In this document: piece by piece, positions 25,373 through 32,000 of the stretch | How the letters are laid out: every line of letters starts with the position of its first letter | How positions within the stretch are numbered: position 1 is the stretch's first letter | DNA from: Coprobacillaceae bacterium | Lineage (GTDB): Bacteria > Bacillota_I > Bacilli_A > Erysipelotrichales > Coprobacillaceae | Length of the DNA stretch: 32,000 nucleotides | Direction: 5' to 3' | Assembly (NCBI GenBank): GCA_963675915.1 | Contig: OY780959.1 | Span: 180,001 to 212,000 of the forward strand | The notes under the pieces: model-generated | Told to the model about the DNA's origin: nothing | Database searches by the model: none | The model's input: only the letters and a program-made list of their open reading frames with translations | Program-made: the position numbers and the translations under genes

Positions 25373-25393
25373 ATTTCGAAAGGAGAAAATGAA

Positions 25394-26431
25394 ATGATCA
25401 AAGTTGGAATTGTAGGTGCTACAGGTTATGGAGGAAATGAACTGGTACGTTTGCTGTTGAATCACGCGGAGGTGAAAATCGAATGGCTTTCTTCTAGGTC
25501 ATATGCTCCTAGTGAATATAGTGAAATTTATGGATGTTATTTCGATATCGTTGATGACAAGCTGATCTCTGATGATCTTGAAAGTTACCTTGGAAAAGTT
25601 GATGTGGTTTTCTTTGCGACACCTCATGGTGTGGCTTCAAACATGATTACCAAGGAAATGCTTGACAGTGTCAAAGTCATTGACCTGTCGGCTGATTATC
25701 GTCTTGATGATCAAAATGAATACAATGAATGGTATAAAACTGAGCATCCAAGCTGGCATATGATGGATGAAGCGGTATTTGGCTTATGTGAAATCAACCG
25801 TGAAAAGATCAAGTCTGCACGACTGCTGGCTAATCCGGGTTGCTATCCGACTTGTTCTTCATTATCACTTTATCCGTTGGTTAAAGCTGGATTGCTGGAA
25901 AACGATTCGATCATTATTGATGCTCTTTCGGGAACATCAGGGGCTGGGCGTTCTGCCAAAGTTGCCAACCTTTTCTGCGAGGTCAATGAAAGTGTCAAAG
26001 CTTATGGGATTGCGACTCACCGTCACACTCCTGAAATTGAAATGATCTTGAACGGTGCTTCTGATGCCAAGTTCAATGTGACTTTCACTCCTCATCTGAT
26101 TCCGATGAATCGTGGGATTTTGACTACTTCTTATGCAACGTTGAAACCAGGGGTTACCAATGAAGATGTGGCTGCTGCTTATGCAATGTATGACAGCGAA
26201 AAATTCATCAGAGTTCTTAAACCAGGAGTGTATCCGGAAGTAAGAAACGTTCGTGGCAGCAATTATCTCGATATTAACTTTAAAATTGATGATAGATGTA
26301 ATAGAATAGTAGTAGTAGGAGCGATGGACAACTTGGTCAAAGGGGCCGCTGGACAAGCTATTCAAAATATGAACATAATGTTTGATTTGGAAGAATCAAT
26401 GGGGATTAATTTGGCGCCAAATTGCCTGTAA
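25394..26431 (+). CDS. argC: N-acetyl-gamma-glutamyl-phosphate reductase
   Basis: N-terminus VGIVGATGYGGNELVRLL. Catalytic Cys context LANPGCYPT. Confidence 0.93.
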   Translation: MIKVGIVGATGYGGNELVRLLLNHAEVKIEWLSSRSYAPSEYSEIYGCYFDIVDDKLISDDLESYLGKVDVVFFATPHGVASNMITKEMLDSVKVIDLSADYRLDDQNEYNEWYKTEHPSWHMMDEAVFGLCEINREKIKSARLLANPGCYPTCSSLSLYPLVKAGLLENDSIIIDALSGTSGAGRSAKVANLFCEVNESVKAYGIATHRHTPEIEMILNGASDAKFNVTFTPHLIPMNRGILTTSYATLKPGVTNEDVAAAYAMYDSEKFIRVLKPGVYPEVRNVRGSNYLDINFKIDDRCNRIVVVGAMDNLVKGAAGQAIQNMNIMFDLEESMGINLAPNCL

Positions 26432-26453
26432 TCACCCATAAAAGGAGAATGAA

Positions 26454-27677
26454 ATGAAAATTATTGAAAACGGGACAGTTACTTCACCAATCGGTTTTTT
26501 AGGTGTGGGGTGTCATATCGGTATTAAAAAAGCAAAAAAAGATTTGGCGATGATTGTATCTGAAGTTCCAGCCAAAGCAGTCGGAACTTTCACTACCAAT
26601 GTTGTCAAGGCAGCTCCGGTTGTCTGGGACAAACACATTGTCGACAACTATTCAACTGCCAAAGTAATCGCAGTCAACTCTGGAGTTGCCAATGCCTGTA
26701 CCGGTGTTCATGGCGAACTCAACAATCAAAGATTCGCCCGTCTGGTTGCCGCGCAAATGGGACTAGATGAACACGAAGTTTTGATTTGTTCGACTGGAGT
26801 CATCGGAAAACAATTGCCGATGGATGTCATTGAAGCCGGGGTTCCTGGAGCAATTGAAAAACTTAGTGATTCTCAGGAAGCCGGAACTGATTTTGCAACA
26901 GCGATCATGACAACCGACACCAAACCAAAACATCTGGCGATTGAAGTTTCCCTGTCAGGTAAAACTGTGACTTTGGGATGTTCAGCCAAAGGTTCGGGAA
27001 TGATTCATCCTAACATGGCGACAATGTTGGGATTCATTACGACTGACTGCAATATCGCCAAACCGGTATTGGATAAGATGCTTAAAGATGTCGTAAATGA
27101 GACTTTCAACATGATCTCGGTTGACCGTGACACTTCGACCAATGATACCGTGCTTTGCATGGCCAATTCAATGGCTCACAATCCGGAAATCGTCAAAGAA
27201 GATCATGACTACGAGATCTTCAAGGATGCCCTTACTTACATCTGTACTTACTTGGCTAAATCAATTGCTGGTGACGGAGAAGGAGCGACAAAACTGATTG
27301 AAGTTGATGTTCTCAACTGTTCATCAAAAGCGAATGCCAAAATCGTGGCTAAATCAATCTGTACATCGCCTTTAGTTAAAACAGCAATGTTCGGTAATGA
27401 TGCCAACTGGGGAAGACTATTCTGTGCAATGGGTTATGCCGGGGTTGATTTCAATCCTAACCTGGTTGATATCTTCCTGGAAGCTGCAGGTCATAAGATC
27501 AAATTGGTTGCCAAAGGGATGGCGACAGACTATTCGGAAGAAAAAGCAACTGAATTGATTGACAATGAAAAAGTTAATGTGGTAGTCGATATGCATGAGG
27601 GTAGCGAACAAGCCCGTGCATGGGGTTGTGACTTGAGTTACGACTATGTAAAAATCAATGCGGACTACCGTTCATAG
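26454..27677 (+). CDS. argJ: Bifunctional ornithine acetyltransferase / N-acetylglutamate synthase
   Basis: TTDT block and autoprocessing-site context MATMLGFITTD. Confidence 0.93.
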   Translation: MKIIENGTVTSPIGFLGVGCHIGIKKAKKDLAMIVSEVPAKAVGTFTTNVVKAAPVVWDKHIVDNYSTAKVIAVNSGVANACTGVHGELNNQRFARLVAAQMGLDEHEVLICSTGVIGKQLPMDVIEAGVPGAIEKLSDSQEAGTDFATAIMTTDTKPKHLAIEVSLSGKTVTLGCSAKGSGMIHPNMATMLGFITTDCNIAKPVLDKMLKDVVNETFNMISVDRDTSTNDTVLCMANSMAHNPEIVKEDHDYEIFKDALTYICTYLAKSIAGDGEGATKLIEVDVLNCSSKANAKIVAKSICTSPLVKTAMFGNDANWGRLFCAMGYAGVDFNPNLVDIFLEAAGHKIKLVAKGMATDYSEEKATELIDNEKVNVVVDMHEGSEQARAWGCDLSYDYVKINADYRS

Positions 27678-27686
27678 GAGCAGGTA

Positions 27687-28532
27687 ATGGAAAATATAAA
27701 TCAAACAGCTCAAGTGCTAGTTGATGCACTTACATATATGCAAAAGTTTTCCGGACATGTGGTGGTCGTGAAATACGGCGGATCAGCAATGGAAAACGAA
27801 GAAATCAAAAAAAGTGTCTTGCAGGATATCGCAGTCTTGAAAAGTGTCGGAATTAAAGTGGTTATCGTCCATGGCGGTGGCAAAGAAATCAACCGTTGGC
27901 TCGAAAAGACCAATATCCAATCACATTTCAAAGATGGTTTGCGGGTTACTGATGAAAAGACTCTTGAAGTTGTCCAGATGGTTCTTTCTGGAAAAGTCAA
28001 CAAAGACTTGGTTGGATATCTTGGTGAACACCAGGTCAAAGCGGTCGGACTTTCAGGAAAAGATGGTCAGATGGTCAAGGTCACTCCTCAAGAGGGCTAT
28101 GGCTATGTCGGTAAGATTGTTGAAGTTGATTCCACTCTCGTAAGTTCTTTGCTGGAGCTGGGATACACCCCGGTGATTTCAACTATTGGAGTTGATGATT
28201 ACGGTCAAGGCTACAATGTCAATGCTGATGATGTGGCGACTGAGATCGCTCGCAGCTTGAATGCCTCGAAACTGGTCTTCCTGACTGATCAAAAAGGGGT
28301 ACTCTCTGATGTCAGCAAGCCGGATTCATTGATTCATCGAATCAATGAAACGATGGCCAACAACTTGATTGAACAGGGGATCATTGAAGGCGGAATGGCG
28401 GTTAAAATCAGAAACTGTATTGCCGCTTTGGATAAAATTGAAAAGATCCATATCCTTGATGGAAGGGAACCGCATTCGATGATTGTGGAGATTTTCACTC
28501 CTCAAGGAATTGGCACTGAAATATCAAAGTAA
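27687..28532 (+). CDS. argB: Acetylglutamate kinase
   Basis: VVVKYGGSAM, VIVHGGG and NVNADD blocks. Confidence 0.93.
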   Translation: MENINQTAQVLVDALTYMQKFSGHVVVVKYGGSAMENEEIKKSVLQDIAVLKSVGIKVVIVHGGGKEINRWLEKTNIQSHFKDGLRVTDEKTLEVVQMVLSGKVNKDLVGYLGEHQVKAVGLSGKDGQMVKVTPQEGYGYVGKIVEVDSTLVSSLLELGYTPVISTIGVDDYGQGYNVNADDVATEIARSLNASKLVFLTDQKGVLSDVSKPDSLIHRINETMANNLIEQGIIEGGMAVKIRNCIAALDKIEKIHILDGREPHSMIVEIFTPQGIGTEISK

Positions 28533-28544
28533 CAGATATGTAAA

Positions 28545-28577
28545 AAGAGATGACTTGGTCATCTCTTTTGATTTTTT
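28545..28577 (+). terminator. Intrinsic terminator of the argCJB operon
   Basis: 10-bp stem AAGAGATGAC/GTCATCTCTT followed by TTTTGATTTTTT. Confidence 0.75.
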
Positions 28578-29043
28578 GCGCAAATAATAAGCCCAATGAT
28601 CGCCGGGAAAAAACGGCGTAAAAAAAGTAGAGACGAGGGGACATCTCTACTTTGTGTTTAGGTTAAGGGCGACCTAAACAGTAATTATTATAAAAAAGGG
28701 AAAATTTACATATGTAGCAAGCAAGGAAACTTACTACAATAGTAATATATATAAAGTTTGTGAACTCAATATGAACTTTTTCGTGATTTAGGTAAATATG
28801 CCCAAGATTTATTAATTGAGTCATTTTGAATAAATTATTACGATAATATCGATAAAAAATTATCACTTTACGAAAAAAATTACGCTAATAACTAAGTTAA
28901 ACTCAACCTATATTGTACCCTTAGGTTACTGGGTGCGGTTTGGTTTTTTGCTCACAATGAGGGTTATAATTTAATTTTATATTAATAAAAAATTAATTCA
29001 AAAAAAATTCAAAATAATGTATAATGACACAAGGAGGCGTACT

Positions 29044-29868
29044 ATGAAGAAATTATTTTATCGATTGATTATTTTTCTGGATACCGCAGACGATAATGAT
29101 ACTAATTATAATATCGGTTGGTATTTGGCCCACCATTTTTCGCAAATTGCGACGATGGGAATCAGCGAACTGGCGAAAAATTGTTATGTTTCACCCGCAA
29201 CAATTTCGCGTTTTTGCCGAGCTTTAGGTTACGAAAATTACGCTCACCTCAAACAGGAATGTGCCGAGTTTTCTTCCGACATGAAAAAATTCACCAATTT
29301 GATTGATGTAGATATTAATATGATGACTCAAAAACCGCAGGAAGCAACCAGCTACTTTTGCAATAAGGTAACTGATGTCATTGAAGAGTTACCAAATTAT
29401 TTAAAATGGAATGAGATCGACAAAGTGTTGAATTTGATCCATGAAACTGAAAGCGTTGCCTTTTTTGGAACCCAGTTTTCCCAATCGATTGCTTTGCATT
29501 TCCAAACCGATTTGTTGATGCTTGAAAAGTTCACCATGGCTTACCTTGATGATGAACGTCAGCTCAACTGCGCGCAGAATCTTGATTCCGATTCATTGGC
29601 AATTATAATCAGTGTCAATGGACTTTATCTAAACAGTGCCAACAAGACTATGGCTTATCTGAAAAAATCGCATTGCAAGGTGGTTTTGATCACTTGCAAT
29701 CCGGACTGTGAAGATCGGATGGATTTGAATATTGTCCATCGAATCATCATTGGAGACAAGGCGAAAGCCCGAGTAGGTAAACATGCGCTTTTGACAACCA
29801 TTGAATTGATGTCACTAAGATATTATTCACTTTTTTATCCAAATGTATTAGGGAGTATCACTAAATGA
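29044..29868 (+). CDS. RpiR/MurR-family transcriptional regulator (HTH_6 + SIS domain)
   Basis: HTH segment ISELAKNCYVSPATISRFCRALGYENYAHLK. Start placed at ATG 29044 behind AAGGAGG; the ORF-track start 29017 overlaps a TATAAT box. Confidence 0.8.
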   Translation: MKKLFYRLIIFLDTADDNDTNYNIGWYLAHHFSQIATMGISELAKNCYVSPATISRFCRALGYENYAHLKQECAEFSSDMKKFTNLIDVDINMMTQKPQEATSYFCNKVTDVIEELPNYLKWNEIDKVLNLIHETESVAFFGTQFSQSIALHFQTDLLMLEKFTMAYLDDERQLNCAQNLDSDSLAIIISVNGLYLNSANKTMAYLKKSHCKVVLITCNPDCEDRMDLNIVHRIIIGDKAKARVGKHALLTTIELMSLRYYSLFYPNVLGSITK

Positions 29869-30710
29869 GAGAAATACAATATAAAGATATAGTAAACACC
29901 ATCTGTGAACTGGCCAAAAAAGCGGCAGTGGAACTTCCAAGCGATGTTTCCAAAGCCATTGATGAGGCTATTGAATCAGAAGACTTCCCATTGGGAAAAC
30001 AAACTCTGGAAACCATCAGAGAAAACAATCGAATCGCCAAGCTGACTTGCAAACCGATCTGTCAGGATACCGGGATGGCTAATGTGTACATCACCCTGGG
30101 ACAGGAAGTCCATATTGTCGGTGGTGACTTGAACGCGGCAATCAATGAAGGGGTTGCCAAAGGTTATGAAGAAGGTTATTTGCGCAAATCGGTCGTGGAT
30201 GATCCGTTGTTTGAACGTGTCAACACCAAAAACAACACTCCAGCCTTGACTTATATCGATATCGTTGCCGGTGACGGATTCAAAATCCTGTTCGCGCCTA
30301 AAGGATTTGGATCGGAGAATATGTCAAAGATCAAAATGCTCAAACCTAGCGAAGGTGTGGTTGGTGTCAAAGAATTTGTGGAAGAAGTCGTAGTGACTGC
30401 CTCTTCAAATCCTTGTCCGCCCATTGTCGTTGGCGTTGGAATCGGTGGTTCTTTTGACAAGGTGGCTTATCTGGCCAAAAAAGCGATGTTAAGAGAAATC
30501 GGTTCGAAACATCAGGATCCGCGATATGCCAATCTTGAAGATGAATTGCTTGAAATTGTAAACAATACTGGAATCGGACCGGCGGGACTGGGAGGAAAAA
30601 CCACTGCGATCGGCTTGAATATCGAATCGATGCCGACCCATATAGCAGGGCTTCCAGTAGCTGTAGCTATCTGTTGCCATGTGTCTCGTCATATGGAGGC
30701 GGAATTATGA
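29865..30710 (+). CDS. Fe-S type (class I) fumarate/tartrate hydro-lyase, alpha (catalytic N-terminal) subunit
   Basis: CQDTG motif and conserved Cys residues. ATGA overlap with the regulator stop. Confidence 0.85.
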   Translation: MREIQYKDIVNTICELAKKAAVELPSDVSKAIDEAIESEDFPLGKQTLETIRENNRIAKLTCKPICQDTGMANVYITLGQEVHIVGGDLNAAINEGVAKGYEEGYLRKSVVDDPLFERVNTKNNTPALTYIDIVAGDGFKILFAPKGFGSENMSKIKMLKPSEGVVGVKEFVEEVVVTASSNPCPPIVVGVGIGGSFDKVAYLAKKAMLREIGSKHQDPRYANLEDELLEIVNNTGIGPAGLGGKTTAIGLNIESMPTHIAGLPVAVAICCHVSRHMEAEL

Positions 30711-31267
30711 TAAAATTACATACACCACTTACAACCGAAAAACTGGTTGGGTTGAAATCCGGTGACCAAGTCCTGCTTTCAGGAACAATTTATACCGGTC
30801 GTGATGCGGCCCATGCCAGGTTGGTCAAACTGATTGAAGAACATCAGGGTTTGCCTTTTGAAATCAGAGACGCAACTATTTTTTATGTAGGTCCGACCCC
30901 AACCAAGCCAGGAGAAGTATTTGGCAGCGGTGGTCCGACCACATCATATCGGATGGACAGCTTTTCGCCAAAATTGATTGAACTTGGTTTGAAGACGATG
31001 ATCGGTAAAGGGAATCGTTCCAAACCGGTAAAAGACGCCATCAAGAAATATAAAGGTGTTTATTTCGGGGCTATCGGAGGAACCGGGGCCTTGATTGGAA
31101 ACTGTGTCAAAAAAGCCGAGATCATCGCATTCGAGGATCTGGGACCAGAAGCAATCCGCCGACTTGAAGTCGAAGATATGCCGCTGGTAGTAATTAATGA
31201 TGTCCACGGCAACGATCAGTATGAATCGGGACGTGAGGAATACTTGAAATTTAAGGAGAATAAATAG
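30707..31267 (+). CDS. Fe-S type (class I) fumarate/tartrate hydro-lyase, beta subunit
   Basis: Block GTIYTGRDAAHARL. ATGA overlap with the alpha subunit stop. GGAGG RBS. Confidence 0.85.
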   Translation: MIKLHTPLTTEKLVGLKSGDQVLLSGTIYTGRDAAHARLVKLIEEHQGLPFEIRDATIFYVGPTPTKPGEVFGSGGPTTSYRMDSFSPKLIELGLKTMIGKGNRSKPVKDAIKKYKGVYFGAIGGTGALIGNCVKKAEIIAFEDLGPEAIRRLEVEDMPLVVINDVHGNDQYESGREEYLKFKENK

Positions 31268-32000
31268 TGCCTAGAAGAAATTATTCGTACTATGGAAGCA
31301 GACGAAGCAACAATAAATTGAAAATCGCCGGAATAATCGCCTTGGTAGTGGTTATCATCGGGGCTACTGTGTTTTTGAACTTCAATCGGATCAGAGCTTT
31401 GGTCAAAGGATACACCTTTGGTCAGGCCAGTCAGATTGTCGGAATGACCAGTGAGGAAGAAAGTGCAATCCTGAGCGTTGACCGCCTGGAAAATTTTGAT
31501 ACCTGGTATACTTTGGAGGCGACGCCTTTGAATTATATCGATTATGAAAAATTTTATGCCATCAATGACGCGATGGCGGTTGAAGAGGTTGTCGAATATG
31601 TCGACGAATTGAACGGCGACATCGCCAGCAAATTGGCTGCCCTTGGTTATCTTGAAGACGATATCTGGTCAATGATCGAAGATGGGGCCAGTATCAGTGA
31701 TTTTGCCTATTTGATTGACAACAGTCTTTCAGCGGCATCAACAGCACCGTATCGCTTGGAAAATGGTTATGTCATCAAGAACATGGAGCAATACATCCAG
31801 GCAAACAGCACTTACAATGACACTACCTATACAGTAGGGATTGTCAATTATCCGTTCCTGCTTTCAACCAATGACTATAATGGCCGCGGATATACGATTA
31901 CCAATCCGGAAAATATCCTGACTTTGGTAAAAACCGGCTTCTATCTGGAAAGTTCGTACGAGCCAGCTGACTTGGTGGTATCACCGATCCCAATCGCACC
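31267..32000 (+). CDS. Membrane-anchored protein, probably an M15/VanY-like D,D-carboxypeptidase; 5' part only, the ORF runs off the window
   Basis: Translated by hand from GTG 31267 (AAGGAG lies 8 nt upstream). The frame stays open to position 32000. N-terminal TM segment IAGIIALVVVIIGATVF. The terminal segment LVKTGFYLESSYEPADLVV resembles the entry to the VanY domain. Confidence 0.45.
   Translation, partial: MPRRNYSYYGSRRSNNKLKIAGIIALVVVIIGATVFLNFNRIRALVKGYTFGQASQIVGMTSEEESAILSVDRLENFDTWYTLEATPLNYIDYEKFYAINDAMAVEEVVEYVDELNGDIASKLAALGYLEDDIWSMIEDGASISDFAYLIDNSLSAASTAPYRLENGYVIKNMEQYIQANSTYNDTTYTVGIVNYPFLLSTNDYNGRGYTITNPENILTLVKTGFYLESSYEPADLVVSPIPIA

Noticed and set aside
24117-28143. Numerous 60-140-aa ORFs overlapping argF, argC, argJ and argB on either strand
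   Set aside because: All are nested in or antisense to strongly supported biosynthetic genes. They are shadow ORFs.
28663-28866. 67-aa minus-strand ORF in the arg-RpiR intergenic region
   Set aside because: It has a GTG start without an RBS and a hydrophobic, low-complexity sequence. It is more likely non-coding.

Overview
Low-GC, Bacillota-like sequence: sigma-A type promoters, T-box leaders, tRNA genes with encoded CCA. The window has two parts.

(1) Positions 1 to about 20560 form an AT-rich accessory or mobile island. In order it carries:
- an iteron-like repeat array, followed by small ORFs that include a terminase-small-subunit-like HTH protein. This looks like a phage-satellite or integrative-element replication and packaging module.
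- a complete type I R-M system in the order hsdR-hsdS-hsdM.
- directly behind it, with no terminator in between, an uncharacterised 179-aa ORF and a SEC-C-motif + RES-domain-like ORF. This is a candidate NAD+-targeting toxin or defence module.
- an intact IS66-family element with 16-bp terminal inverted repeats and a perfect 8-bp target-site duplication.
- a small serine recombinase.
- a tightly packed co-oriented cluster: a secreted protein, a lipoprotein beta-beta-alpha-Me nuclease, a PD-(D/E)XK nuclease-like protein, a DUF4268-like nuclease-fold protein and an unknown 217-aa protein.
- two convergent lipoprotein genes, one containing a 378-bp intragenic duplication with a single mismatch.

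The island ends in an ORF-free region with phased TTGCCA repeats and a tRNA 3'-end-like remnant. This region abuts a six-gene tRNA operon on the minus strand (Asn-Glu-Val-Thr-Lys-Leu).

(2) Positions from about 21200 to 32000 look like core chromosome:
- two small ORFs and a DegV-family gene.
- two paralogous T-box leaders, both with a probable CGC (Arg) specifier. They control an M19 dipeptidase-argF unit and an argC-argJ-argB unit.
- an RpiR-family regulator translationally coupled to a two-subunit class I (Fe-S) fumarate/tartrate hydro-lyase.
- the 5' part of an M15/VanY-like peptidase gene.

The best candidates for an undescribed system are the orf179 + SEC-C/RES pair behind the R-M operon and the multi-nuclease cluster at 14.3-17.7 kb. 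All functional calls rest on motifs read by eye and on remembered family signatures. No database search was run.
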